Source: an uncultured Desulfobacteraceae bacterium
Lineage (GTDB): Bacteria; Desulfobacterota; DSM-4660; Desulfatiglandales; HGW-15
Reading direction: 5' to 3'
NCBI GenBank assembly: GCA_964526655.1
Contig: CAZGIZ010000002.1
Span: 3,291 to 67,290, forward strand
DNA: 64,000 nt
In this document: positions 18,680-27,804 of the stretch, piece after piece
Layout of the letters: each line of letters begins with the position of its first letter
Numbering within the stretch: position 1 is the stretch's first letter
Notes under the pieces: generated by a model
Told to the model about the DNA's origin: nothing
Database searches by the model: none
What the model saw: the letters and a program-made list of their open reading frames with translations, nothing else
Translations under genes and position numbers: made by a program

Positions 18680-20356
18680 TCACATCTTCCTGGGTGCGTC
18701 GATTCCAAGGAGTCTCAGGCCGTTAAATATCACCAGTCTTACCGCCTCCGCCAGGACAAGTCTCGCCTGGCTCATTTCCTTGTCGGCCGCGACTATGCGA
18801 CATTCAGGGACCTTGGTGCCAAGGTTGAAATATTTGTGAAATCGGGAGGCCAACTCGGTCAGATAATAGGTCAACCTGTGTGCCTCGAAGGAGGCGCATA
18901 TATCTGCAAGAAGGTATGGAAACTCCTCCATCTTTCTGATAAGTTCCATCTCTTCATCCAGCACGAGCCTGTGTAATATCCTGTTAGGCCCTTTGGGCAA
19001 AGAGATCCCTTCCTGGGTAGCCTTCCTGAATACACTGCATATTCTGGCGTGGGCATACTGGACATAATAGACGGGATTGTCACTATCGTGCTTTTTTACG
19101 AGATCTATGTCAAAATCAAGGGGTGAGTCGTGACTCTTTGTGAGAAAAACAAATCGAACGGCGTCAACTCCCACCTCGTCAATCAACTCCTTGAGGGTCA
19201 CATACTGCCCAGCCCTCTTGGACATTTTGATCTCCTGGCCCTCTTTGTAGAGTTTCACCAGCTGGATGAGGAGGATGGAAAGCCAGGCCTCGTCTATCCC
19301 GCTGGCCTTTAGGGCCGATTTCACCCTCTGTATATATCCGTGATGGTCCGCCCCCCAGATATTGACGGCCTTTGAAAATCCCCTTTTCCATTTATCCAGG
19401 TGATAGGATATGTCCGAGGCAAAATATGTAAACTGCCCGTCCTGTTTCCTTATCACACGGTCTTTGTCATCACCGTAGGCCGAGGTCTTTATCCAAAGGG
19501 CCCCCTCCTCCTCGAAGAGTTCCCCCCTTCCCCTGAGATCCTGGAGAGATCTCTCCACCAGTCCGGAGGAGTATAGATCGCTTTCATTAAACCAGACATC
19601 AAAGCGGACACGGAAGAGTTCCAGGTCGCGCCTGATCTCCTCGAGCATCTTCTCCTTGGCCAGCCCTGCGCAGGCCTCGATGGCCATGTCAGGCTCCATC
19701 CCCGAGATATCGATCTCCTTTGAGATCTCCAATGCGAGATCCGTAATATACTCCCCGTGGTATCCCTTTTCAGGAAAGGGATATTCAGGGTCCCCCATCT
19801 GCTTCCAACGGCTGTATATCGATTCGCCCAGGAGTCTGACCTGCAGGCCTGCGTCATTTATATAGAATTCACGAACCACCTCGTACCCGCAGAAGGAGAG
19901 GATATTGCATAGGGTATCGCCCAGCGCGGCCCCCCTTCCGTGCCCCAGGTGGAGGGGACCCGTTGGATTGGCGCTTACATACTCGACCAGCACCTTCTCC
20001 CCTGCCCCGGAATCGCTCCCTCCATACCTCTCGCCTGATTCTATCAACCTCCCAAGAAACCTGAGCCATTGATCCCTGCTGATCCTGAAATTAATAAAGC
20101 CCGGCCCGGCTATCTCCACCTTTTCGATGAATTCTCCCTGTCCCCCCAGATGATCGACGATGATCCGGGCTATCTCCCTGGGGCTCTTTTTCTGGGATGA
20201 GGCCATGGTCAGGGGCAGGTTGGTGGCAAAATGGCCATGTTCCGGATTATTCGGTATCTCAATAACATACACCGGGAGGGTGGTTTCTTTAAGCAGCCCT
20301 TTCTCAAAACAGCTCCTAAGGGCCGTATGTAAAATTTTGTCTATAGTGGTTTTCAT
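18680..20356 (-). CDS. argS: arginine--tRNA ligase
   Basis: ANPTGPLHLGHGR (HIGH-type) and MSKRAG (KMSK-type). 558 aa. Confidence 0.95.
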   Translation of the reverse strand: MKTTIDKILHTALRSCFEKGLLKETTLPVYVIEIPNNPEHGHFATNLPLTMASSQKKSPREIARIIVDHLGGQGEFIEKVEIAGPGFINFRISRDQWLRFLGRLIESGERYGGSDSGAGEKVLVEYVSANPTGPLHLGHGRGAALGDTLCNILSFCGYEVVREFYINDAGLQVRLLGESIYSRWKQMGDPEYPFPEKGYHGEYITDLALEISKEIDISGMEPDMAIEACAGLAKEKMLEEIRRDLELFRVRFDVWFNESDLYSSGLVERSLQDLRGRGELFEEEGALWIKTSAYGDDKDRVIRKQDGQFTYFASDISYHLDKWKRGFSKAVNIWGADHHGYIQRVKSALKASGIDEAWLSILLIQLVKLYKEGQEIKMSKRAGQYVTLKELIDEVGVDAVRFVFLTKSHDSPLDFDIDLVKKHDSDNPVYYVQYAHARICSVFRKATQEGISLPKGPNRILHRLVLDEEMELIRKMEEFPYLLADICASFEAHRLTYYLTELASRFHKYFNLGTKVPECRIVAADKEMSQARLVLAEAVRLVIFNGLRLLGIDAPRKM

Positions 20357-21474
20357 TCAATGTATTCCCTTATTGAACTCTGTCCAATGGACAGGAAGAT
20401 CTCATATGAAATGGTGTCGCTCCATCCGGCAATGTCGTCCCCTGTTATGCCCTCTTCCCCCTGGGTCCCTAAAAAAACCGCCTCGTCTCCGTCCGCGACA
20501 TCCCTGACTCCCGTGATATCGCATATGACCATGTTCATGCATACCGTGCCGATGATATCGACCTTTTTTCCTGCGATCAGGACCTTTCCCCTGTTTGAAA
20601 GACTCCGGGGAAGGCCGTCACCGTAACCTGCCGAGACTATGGCTATTTTTTTCGGCCCTTCGGTGTAATATATTCTGCCGTAACTGACCGGTGTCTGATC
20701 CGGAAGATCCTTCACCTGGAGGACAATTCCGCTGAAGCCCATTACCGGCCTCAGGGGCAGGGGAGGATGAAATTCCGGTGAAGGGAGACCGCCATAGAGC
20801 ATAATGCCGGGCCTGACCATCTCAAAATGGGAGTCTCTATGCGCCATTATCCCGGCACTGTTGGCCAGATTATTCAGGGGGAGATCCAGGCCCAGGCCGC
20901 GGCCAGTATTGACCGCCCTCTGAAAATTCCCTATCTGTTCCCTTGTAAAGCCGTAATCCGGTTCGTCCGCTGACGAAAGATGGGACATCAGGCCCTCGAG
21001 ACGCAGCCCTGGATATTCCAGGATCTTTTTCATGAAAGGCCCGGCCTCCTCATGGGGTATACCGAGGCGTCCCATTCCCGTATCGATCTTGAGATGGATA
21101 TTGATCCTCTTCCCTTTTCTCAGGGCCTCTCCAGCCAGGAGATCCAATGACTGAAGGTCAAAGACCACGGGCGTAAGGTCATTGTTCACGACTTCCTCGG
21201 AATCTTGCCCCGATCTTATACCGCACAGGATAATGATGGGCAGTCTTATCCCGTGCTTCCTGAGTTTCAGGGCCTCGTGTATATGGGCCACTCCAAGGGA
21301 TTCTATCCCGTTTCTTTCCAGTAATCGCGCTACCTCCAGGAGACCATGGCCGTAGGCGTCTGATTTTACGATCCCCATTATCCTGGTCTTTGGATCGATA
21401 AGTCTCTTGACCTGGGTCAGGTTAAATCCAAGGTTTTGGAGATCTATTTTCACGATGTTCGGAGAAAAGGTCAT
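20353..21474 (-). CDS. alr: alanine racemase
   Basis: PLP-lysine motif GIVKSDAYGHG. 373 aa. 4-nt overlap with argS. Confidence 0.9.
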   Translation of the reverse strand: MTFSPNIVKIDLQNLGFNLTQVKRLIDPKTRIMGIVKSDAYGHGLLEVARLLERNGIESLGVAHIHEALKLRKHGIRLPIIILCGIRSGQDSEEVVNNDLTPVVFDLQSLDLLAGEALRKGKRINIHLKIDTGMGRLGIPHEEAGPFMKKILEYPGLRLEGLMSHLSSADEPDYGFTREQIGNFQRAVNTGRGLGLDLPLNNLANSAGIMAHRDSHFEMVRPGIMLYGGLPSPEFHPPLPLRPVMGFSGIVLQVKDLPDQTPVSYGRIYYTEGPKKIAIVSAGYGDGLPRSLSNRGKVLIAGKKVDIIGTVCMNMVICDITGVRDVADGDEAVFLGTQGEEGITGDDIAGWSDTISYEIFLSIGQSSIREYIE

Positions 21475-21559
21475 GTTTCAATTCCTGAAATTAAGAACTT
21501 GATACGTTAACTGATATGGGTCTATATAGCAAGAACTATATGAATTCAGGGGGCTTAGG

Positions 21560-21588
21560 TTGACACAACACCTGCTTGCAAGTATCAT
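21560..21588 (+). promoter_or_regulatory. sigma70-type promoter candidate
   Basis: TTGACA (21560-21565), 17 nt, TATCAT (21583-21588), upstream of the DUF2065-like gene. Confidence 0.35.
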
Positions 21589-21732
21589 GAATCGCAGTTT
21601 AGGAACGTGGATCAGCCTAATTCATCAATATCGTTCATGTTTGTCGGCACAACCTCTTTAAGATAATATTTTCAGATATCTCTTTGAAAATTGTCTTATA
21701 ATGGCCTCGAGCCTTTGGGGATTATTTGTATC

Positions 21733-21915
21733 ATGAGACTCTTTTTTTGTCTGATCGGTCTTGTCCTTATTGTGGAAGGACTCCCCTATTTTGCCTTCCC
21801 TGATAAGATGAAACAGTGGATGAAGCTTATCCGGGAAACCCCTGATCGCAAGCTCAGGATTATCGGTTTCACATCGATGTGTCTCGGATTGGTGATCGCC
21901 TACCTGGCGAGGTGA
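21733..21915 (+). CDS. small membrane protein, DUF2065-like
   Basis: MRLFFCLIGLVLIVEGLPYFAFPDKMKQW... has two hydrophobic helices and is about 60 aa. Confidence 0.6.
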   Translation: MRLFFCLIGLVLIVEGLPYFAFPDKMKQWMKLIRETPDRKLRIIGFTSMCLGLVIAYLAR

Positions 21916-21957
21916 CCAACATGCGCTATCTAAATTCAATTTTTTTATAAAGAATTG

Positions 21958-22091
21958 GGATTTTGGTATAACCCTGGGCACCAGCAAGGAGATGCCTGCA
22001 AGTTGAGCCTGCGAACTCCCGCTGAAGAGCGGGAGCGCCGCTCCATAGATCCCGGCTTGACGGGGAGATGACACCTTGATGGTGGATCAGG
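21958..22091 (-). repeat. 134-nt MITE-like interspersed repeat, copy A
   Basis: Reverse complement matches 38898-39031 at 130/134 positions (hand alignment). It ends 15 nt before a TTGACA hexamer. Confidence 0.9.
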
Positions 22092-22106
22092 GGACAGAAA
22101 AACCCC

Positions 22107-22135
22107 TTGACAGTGGAGTTTACATAAAATATACA
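22107..22135 (+). promoter_or_regulatory. sigma70-type promoter candidate adjacent to repeat copy A (faces trpB)
   Basis: TTGACA (22107-22112), 17 nt, TATACA (22130-22135). Confidence 0.35.
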
Positions 22136-22287
22136 AAAAGTTTTAATATTTATTTTCGATAGGGCGGTTATATCAAATAGCTTCGGCTCATTGAGCGGCG
22201 TATTTATAATACAGGCCTGGATTACGGGGGATTTAGAGATCGCCCGCTCAGGGGCGTAACAAAAATAATAACAAAAGGAGGATATTT

Positions 22288-23676
22288 ATGGAGGTCAAAA
22301 AAATATTTCTGCCAGAGTCTGAACTGCCGCGTCAATGGTACAACATCATGGCTGATATGCCAACACCCATGGAGCCGCCACTTCACCCCGGGACAGGGAA
22401 TCCCGTCGGTCCGGACGACTTGTCTCCAATATTCCCGATGCCCCTCATTCTGCAGGAAGTAAGCCAGGAGAGGTTCATCGATATCCCTGAAGAGGTCCTG
22501 GAGAAATATCTCTTATGGCGTCCGACCCCCCTTTACAGGGCCTACAGCCTTGAAAAGTATCTTGATACGCCCGCAAGGATCTATTTCAAGAATGAGGGGG
22601 TAAGCCCGGCCGGCAGTCATAAGCCAAACACCGCCATTCCGCAGGCCTATTATAACAAGATTTCCGGGACAAAGAGAATCACAACGGAGACGGGCGCCGG
22701 CCAGTGGGGTAGCGCCCTGGCCTTTAGCTGCGCCCTTTTCGGCCTTGAATGCAAGGTGTTTATGGTCAAGGTAAGTTATAATCAAAAGCCCTATCGCCGG
22801 ATTATGATGGAGACATGGGGCGCCAGTTGCGTCCCGAGCCCGAGCCCTGAGACCAAGGCAGGCCAGCAGATCCTTGAGAAAAACCCGGACTCCCCGGGCA
22901 GCCTGGGAATTGCCATTAGCGAGGCGGTTGAGGCCGCGGTAACGGATGAAAATTCAAAATACGCCCTGGGAAGCGTCCTTAATCATGTCATGCTCCACCA
23001 GACTGTCAATGGGCTTGAGTGCCAGAAACAGATGGCCATCGCTGGTGATTATCCTGACGTGATTATAGGATGCGCCGGGGGCGGCAGTAATTTCGCGGGG
23101 CACTGTCTCCCATTTGTGAGGGATAAGATCAACGGCAAGGAAATCGATATTATCGCTGTTGAGCCCGCGTCCTGTCCAACAATGACTCGGGGACCTTTCG
23201 CCTATGATTTCGGAGACACGGTCCAGATGACACCGCTGCTCCCCATGTATACCCTTGGTCACAGTTTTGTGCCTGCACCGATCCACGCCGGTGGTCTGAG
23301 GTATCATGGAATGGCGCCTATCGTGAGCCAGCTTATACTGGATAACCTCATAAGGGCGGAGGCGGTTCCCCAGTTGGAGACATTCCAGGCGGGACTGACC
23401 TTTGCGAGGACTGAAGGGTTTATAAGCGCCCCTGAGACCAACCACGCCGTGGCAATGGTCATAAGAGAGGCCATTAAGGCAAAAGAGGAAGGCAAGGAGA
23501 AGGTCATTCTCTTTAACTGGAGTGGGCATGGTCTCGTGGACATGGCCGCATATGAGGCGTATTTGGGCGGGAAGCTTTCAGATTATATTTTGCCCGAAGA
23601 TGAGATCCACAGGGCCCTGGAAGACATCGGTCCCCTTCCCAAACCGAAACAGTATAGACCCGGAACAATCTCCTGA
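22288..23676 (+). CDS. trpB: TrpB2-type tryptophan synthase beta chain-like PLP enzyme (stand-alone)
   Basis: 462 aa long form. [22 protein letters not shown] (PLP-Lys) and [11 protein letters not shown] motifs. No trpA is adjacent. Confidence 0.85.
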   Translation: MEVKKIFLPESELPRQWYNIMADMPTPMEPPLHPGTGNPVGPDDLSPIFPMPLILQEVSQERFIDIPEEVLEKYLLWRPTPLYRAYSLEKYLDTPARIYFKNEGVSPAGSHKPNTAIPQAYYNKISGTKRITTETGAGQWGSALAFSCALFGLECKVFMVKVSYNQKPYRRIMMETWGASCVPSPSPETKAGQQILEKNPDSPGSLGIAISEAVEAAVTDENSKYALGSVLNHVMLHQTVNGLECQKQMAIAGDYPDVIIGCAGGGSNFAGHCLPFVRDKINGKEIDIIAVEPASCPTMTRGPFAYDFGDTVQMTPLLPMYTLGHSFVPAPIHAGGLRYHGMAPIVSQLILDNLIRAEAVPQLETFQAGLTFARTEGFISAPETNHAVAMVIREAIKAKEEGKEKVILFNWSGHGLVDMAAYEAYLGGKLSDYILPEDEIHRALEDIGPLPKPKQYRPGTIS

Positions 23677-23704
23677 ATTCCGGTTTAATGTTTTACCATC
23701 CATG

Positions 23705-23741
23705 CCGGGGACCGACGCCTTCGGTCTCCGGTTATCTTTCT
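23705..23741 (+). terminator. rho-independent terminator candidate after trpB
   Basis: CCGGGGACCGA-CGCCT-TCGGTCTCCGG stem (11 bp including one G-U) followed by TTATCTTTCT. Confidence 0.55.
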
Positions 23742-23761
23742 AAAGGGATAACCATAAGGGC

Positions 23762-24640
23762 ATGAAAAGAAAAAGCCTGCCTCCTGATGATGATTATCTG
23801 GTCCGCTGCCCCAGACTCGGTCATCAGATCTATTTCTCATACTGCCGTTCGGAAAACATGGGTTCTCCCTGTTTCAAGATCCTGGACTGCTGGTTTAATC
23901 ATTTCCCGGTGGAAGAATATCTGCGCGAAGAGCTGGATCCTGAGGAATGGAACAGGCTCCTTGAAAGTCGTCCAAGGTCAAAGGTCCTGTCCTTAATGGA
24001 ACTGATAGAGCAGGCAAAGGAGGCCAGGAAAAGAAGGGCCGCAGGTGTCATCCTGGCCGCCGGTTCTTCCTCCAGAATGGGGGAACCGAAGCAGCTCCTC
24101 AAAATTGGAGATTGCGGACTCCTGGATTATGTCCTGGGGGAGGCCTTAAAATCCAAACTGGATCTTGTCGTACTTGTCCTGGGGCACCGGGCCGGAGAGA
24201 TAAGGAAAGAATTGACGACCGACCTGAATAACAGGAGACTGAAAATTGTTGAAAACAGCGAATGGAGCGATGGAATAAGCTCCTCAATTATCGCCGGTCT
24301 GTCGGAAGTGGAAGATAGCTTTGATCACTGTATGGTGATCCTTGCGGACATGCCCTACATAACAACAGGCCTCATTGATCATCTCCTGCATCAGTATCTC
24401 TCCTCGGGATTGGCCCTGGGCGCGATTAAAAAGGGGGACCGGAGATCACTGCCGGCCATCTTCGGCCGTTCCCTATATAATGAACTCCATCAACTGAGGG
24501 GCGATGTGGGGGCCAGAAATCTTTTTTTAAAGTATCCAAACAGGATATGCCTTGTTGAACCTGAAGGTGAGTATAGGGACATGGACATAGACACCCCGGA
24601 GGATTACGCCGCGTTTGTAAGGTCTCTCGATAATACCTGA
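23762..24640 (+). CDS. MobA/MocA-like nucleotidyltransferase (molybdenum cofactor cytidylyl/guanylyl-transferase family) with a ~95-aa Cys-rich N-terminal extension
   Basis: The C-terminal ~195 aa carry AAGVILAAGSSSRMGEPKQLL (NTP_transf_3 P-loop-like) and ADMP. The N-terminus carries CPRLGH..YCRSENMGSPCFKILDC. Confidence 0.7.
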   Translation: MKRKSLPPDDDYLVRCPRLGHQIYFSYCRSENMGSPCFKILDCWFNHFPVEEYLREELDPEEWNRLLESRPRSKVLSLMELIEQAKEARKRRAAGVILAAGSSSRMGEPKQLLKIGDCGLLDYVLGEALKSKLDLVVLVLGHRAGEIRKELTTDLNNRRLKIVENSEWSDGISSSIIAGLSEVEDSFDHCMVILADMPYITTGLIDHLLHQYLSSGLALGAIKKGDRRSLPAIFGRSLYNELHQLRGDVGARNLFLKYPNRICLVEPEGEYRDMDIDTPEDYAAFVRSLDNT

Positions 24641-24754
24641 ATCTGAGGGCAAGGGACCTTTCAGGCTGCTGTTTCCCGGAAGGTGCCGAGGCGACCTATG
24701 ATCGCTCCTTTGAGCATTTCGCACGACTTGTCAGCGCCGGTGGGGTATAGAAAA

Positions 24755-25057
24755 ATGGAAGACAGGGATATCTATCTGCTCTTCTCCAGAGTGGCAGGAG
24801 ACAAGGCAGGGAATAATGAATCTGCAAGAGAGGTGTTTTCTGCGCTCGTCAAGTCCACCCTGAGGTACAGGGACCATCTGCTTAAATCCAGAGGGATCGT
24901 TGTGACCGTTGAAGATGTCCGATCCGCTCTGGACTGGCTTGTGCCGACCCTAAGGACAGGCAGGCTGCCGAAGACGGATAATAATGTGAGACTGGACCTG
25001 ATGAAGCTCTGGCTGGATGAACTTAGAATGATTGGATATCCTTCCTTAAACCACTAA
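24755..25057 (+). CDS. hypothetical protein (~100 aa)
   Basis: ORF with ordinary composition. The start is placed at MEDRDIY. No motif recognised. Confidence 0.4.
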   Translation: MEDRDIYLLFSRVAGDKAGNNESAREVFSALVKSTLRYRDHLLKSRGIVVTVEDVRSALDWLVPTLRTGRLPKTDNNVRLDLMKLWLDELRMIGYPSLNH

Positions 25058-25204
25058 GAATCAGATAAATATATCGCTCATAGGGCCTTCAATAGAAATC
25101 GCAGGACGAATATAGGCTATTGAACGGAAAAAATCATTTGCTTCGTAAATTGATCCTCATTATTTTATCGGGCGCAAAAGTGGGAAAGGAATGTCTGTTC
25201 TGTA

Positions 25205-25558
25205 TCAGTCGGATCCGGAATCGGTCTCCCTTAACATCCCCTTGGCCCTCTTGCCTGCCATGTCGTAGAGATTCAGGCCCAGGTCCAGAAAGGCCTCGGA
25301 AGCCTTTTTATTCAGCTCTATGAAAACGGCCTTTAAAATAGTGACCTTCTGATCAATGGCTTCAAAGGAGGAATCAGTAGACGGGTCATCATCCGCGGGC
25401 ACACGAGGCAGTCCCACAAGCAAATAGCAGACCATGTTGTCAGGGTCCGGCAGGACGCCGCTCTTCGAGAAATCGATGGAATCTCTAAATTCGTGATAGG
25501 CCTTGATAAATGGGTCCGGTGAATTGCACATGTCAGGTCTCATGTCATTACTGGTCAT
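25205..25558 (-). CDS. hypothetical protein (117 aa)
   Basis: Overlaps the 3' end of the upstream phosphoribosyltransferase gene by 11 nt, which suggests co-transcription. No motif recognised. Confidence 0.45.
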   Translation of the reverse strand: MTSNDMRPDMCNSPDPFIKAYHEFRDSIDFSKSGVLPDPDNMVCYLLVGLPRVPADDDPSTDSSFEAIDQKVTILKAVFIELNKKASEAFLDLGLNLYDMAGKRAKGMLRETDSGSD

Positions 25559-26312
25559 TGTTTCCGTAAATTTTCAGGTAATTGTCAAATTCCTTTTTTA
25601 TTTTTTCATCAATGGGCCTTCGGCTCCCGTTGACAAGCAGCGGCACCTTTTCCTTATAGAGATAATCAACAATCTCCCTTATGCCTGCAACTGAAAAGAC
25701 CGGTATGTTTGTCTGCCCCGTGAATTTTTTGATCGTGTCCTCTCCCTTTACACCGGTGATGACCTTTCCCCCCTTATCATACACGGCGGTGCTCTGCTCC
25801 CTGTCAACTGCGATTCCTATTCCTATCACATTGATTGATATACTGTTCGCCTCTCCCTCCCTGCGCAGGGTGTCGAGTAGCTCGTATTTGGTCCCCATGG
25901 TGGTGGCGACGTCGTCCAGGATTAATATCCTGCACCCGTCAAAGAGGGTCCTGTTGACCATGAGGCTTACGGACTTGCTGCCCTCCCCGTGGGTCTTGAC
26001 TTCCTTACGGTCGTATTCAAAAAAGAGGTCATAACCATGCTTGCTATAAAGGGCTATGGATGCGGCCAGGGCTATGGAGCTGCCCTTATAGGAAGGGCCG
26101 AGGATGATGTCGATCCTGTCGGCAAGACTGCGGGCCACGATCATGTCGGCAAAAAAGGAGCCCAGTTCCATGCTCAACCTCCCTGTCCTGAACATCCCGA
26201 AATTAAGAAAGTAGGGGGTCGGCCGTCCATCCTTTAAGATAAGATTTTCATCAAAAAAGAGCGCCCCTGTCTCCGCCAGTATAATGGCCATGCGTTTTTT
26301 GTATTCTTCCAT
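25548..26312 (-). CDS. type I phosphoribosyltransferase, orotate PRT (PyrE)-like, with C-terminal extension
   Basis: PRPP-binding loop ILILDDVATTMGT and N-terminal LKDGRPTPYFLNFG as in OPRT-like enzymes. 254 aa, longer than typical PyrE. Confidence 0.65.
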   Translation of the reverse strand: MEEYKKRMAIILAETGALFFDENLILKDGRPTPYFLNFGMFRTGRLSMELGSFFADMIVARSLADRIDIILGPSYKGSSIALAASIALYSKHGYDLFFEYDRKEVKTHGEGSKSVSLMVNRTLFDGCRILILDDVATTMGTKYELLDTLRREGEANSISINVIGIGIAVDREQSTAVYDKGGKVITGVKGEDTIKKFTGQTNIPVFSVAGIREIVDYLYKEKVPLLVNGSRRPIDEKIKKEFDNYLKIYGNNDQ

Positions 26313-26430
26313 GAATTAGGTCCTGCCGTTGAATCTTAAATCGATATCCTCACTCGGAATGAATTCTACATGACTTATACCCATCAATCAATAAATTATG
26401 GACAAGACTGCCTGGGACTCTTCTGTTTTC

Positions 26431-26459
26431 TTGACAATCGCAATAAAGAATGATATATA
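26431..26459 (+). promoter_or_regulatory. sigma70-type promoter candidate
   Basis: TTGACA (26431-26436), 17 nt, TATATA (26454-26459). It lies 46 nt upstream of the 26505 ATG. Confidence 0.45.
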
Positions 26460-26504
26460 ATTATTTAAATTCTGTTAACCTTGTTAATATTAGGAGGATA
26501 TATC

Positions 26505-26762
26505 ATGCCCGAAGAAGAGGTTGGCACCATTGTTAAATTTTTTTCGAAGCCCAGTGTGGCCGCCATTGAAATGAAGCAGGGGAGTATAAAGAAGGGTGAT
26601 CTGTTAAGGTACCTGGGTCATACCACGGATTTCACCCAGGAGGTAGACAGTATGGAGGTTGACAACCAGCCGATCGAGGAGGCCAAGGCCGGTGATCTTG
26701 TGGGCATAAAGGTAAGGGAAAGGGTCCGGGAAAACGATAAGGTCTACAAGGTCGTCGAGTGA
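26505..26762 (+). CDS. small translation-factor domain II-like beta-barrel protein (elongation factor-like protein)
   Basis: 85 aa. AGGAGG RBS. The G.IKKGD.L...G......V.SM......I.EAKAGD.VGIKV pattern resembles EF-Tu domain 2. Confidence 0.55.
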   Translation: MPEEEVGTIVKFFSKPSVAAIEMKQGSIKKGDLLRYLGHTTDFTQEVDSMEVDNQPIEEAKAGDLVGIKVRERVRENDKVYKVVE

Positions 26763-27283
26763 CCCTGGATTTCTTTGATGGCTTCGGGAACCAGCTTTCT
26801 TATAAACTCCTCCTTTTCAAAGAGGTTCATTTTACAAAATATTTCATATTCAGGATGATCTTTGCAGAGGAGGGGCGGCCTGGCCTGCGTGCCTGGTGCT
26901 ATAAGGTCGAACCTCGTTATAAGCTCCACCAGGGTGAACTCCTCTCCCGGGTAGCTTTCCAGCCATCCTAAGCGCTTCATGTATTCAAATCGGATCCTGT
27001 CAAGCAAAAAGAGATACCGTTCCATAACCGCCATCTTGTCTTTTGCGCTCAATTCATTAAACTCAAATCCCGAACCCTGGCCCTGGAGATTCATGATAAG
27101 ATCATAGATGTAAAAGGAATTATCCCCTTTTCCCTGGCCCAGAAATCTTAACGCCTCTATGGAGATATGGTCGAGACGGGTAGTTAATCCAAAATCTTCC
27201 CTGAACCGGCTCACCCAGTTGCGATATCCTTTTCTGGCTTTTAGCTCCAGCCTAACTCTCTCAAGGTCGACGACCGCGTTCAT
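26744..27283 (-). CDS. hypothetical protein (179 aa)
   Basis: Well-formed ORF in the same orientation as pyrG. No motif recognised. Confidence 0.5.
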   Translation of the reverse strand: MNAVVDLERVRLELKARKGYRNWVSRFREDFGLTTRLDHISIEALRFLGQGKGDNSFYIYDLIMNLQGQGSGFEFNELSAKDKMAVMERYLFLLDRIRFEYMKRLGWLESYPGEEFTLVELITRFDLIAPGTQARPPLLCKDHPEYEIFCKMNLFEKEEFIRKLVPEAIKEIQGHSTTL

Positions 27284-27302
27284 TTCTCCATCCCCTGAGA
27301 GA

Positions 27303-27662
27303 TCAGCCGTCTTGTAAGATAGAGCCGCATCTTACGCAGGCCTCGGCCTTCAATTGTTTATGACCGCAATGAGGGCACATGGTAAAATTTTTCAAGGGCT
27401 CAATTCTCAAGGCCCTGCTTCCCCCTCCGGAATTTTTCAGACCAACACATTCCTGGATCCTGACCCTGCCGCCCGCTTTCCGAACCGCATCCGCGTATCT
27501 ACTCGCATAGTCAAAGGACATATCAGCCTTCAGGACAACGGGCGCCTTCCTGATGATACGCTCTGAGGTCGAAGGAGATACCCCTAATTCTGCCATGGCC
27601 TTTTTAAAAGAATCTTCCCTATCAAGGAGATCCAGGAAGACGACCTGATACCTCTTATCCAT
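27303..27662 (-). CDS. hypothetical protein with C-terminal zinc ribbon
   Basis: C-terminal CPHCGH...CVRCG. The N-terminal ~70 aa have an alpha/beta pattern reminiscent of the L7/L12 C-terminal domain; that resemblance is inference only. Confidence 0.5.
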   Translation of the reverse strand: MDKRYQVVFLDLLDREDSFKKAMAELGVSPSTSERIIRKAPVVLKADMSFDYASRYADAVRKAGGRVRIQECVGLKNSGGGSRALRIEPLKNFTMCPHCGHKQLKAEACVRCGSILQDG

Positions 27663-27804
27663 TTATATTAACCATAATAGGAGTTCCGCCTGACCCCATT
27701 CCAGTTCATTTTATGTGTTGAAATATTGCCTGCCTTGGCATATCTATTTCCAAGCTATTTCCGGGACATGATGCTCGGCACAGGACCGGAAAGGTCTCAA
27801 GGGA

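Noticed and set aside
21658-22074. 138-aa minus-strand ORF, and the similar ORFs at 33501-33752 (minus) and 38869-39237 (plus)
   Set aside because: All three run through copies of the 134-nt repeat and share only the repeat-encoded peptide (..PSRCHLPVKPGS.. or its other-strand reading). They have no RBS and have skewed composition. I treat them as repeat-derived.
22136-22287. Possible riboswitch or attenuator leader upstream of trpB2
   Set aside because: Only short generic hairpins are present (for example CGCCC-GCTCA-GGGCG). There is no Trp-codon leader peptide, no T-box features, and no terminator/antiterminator pair that I could define.
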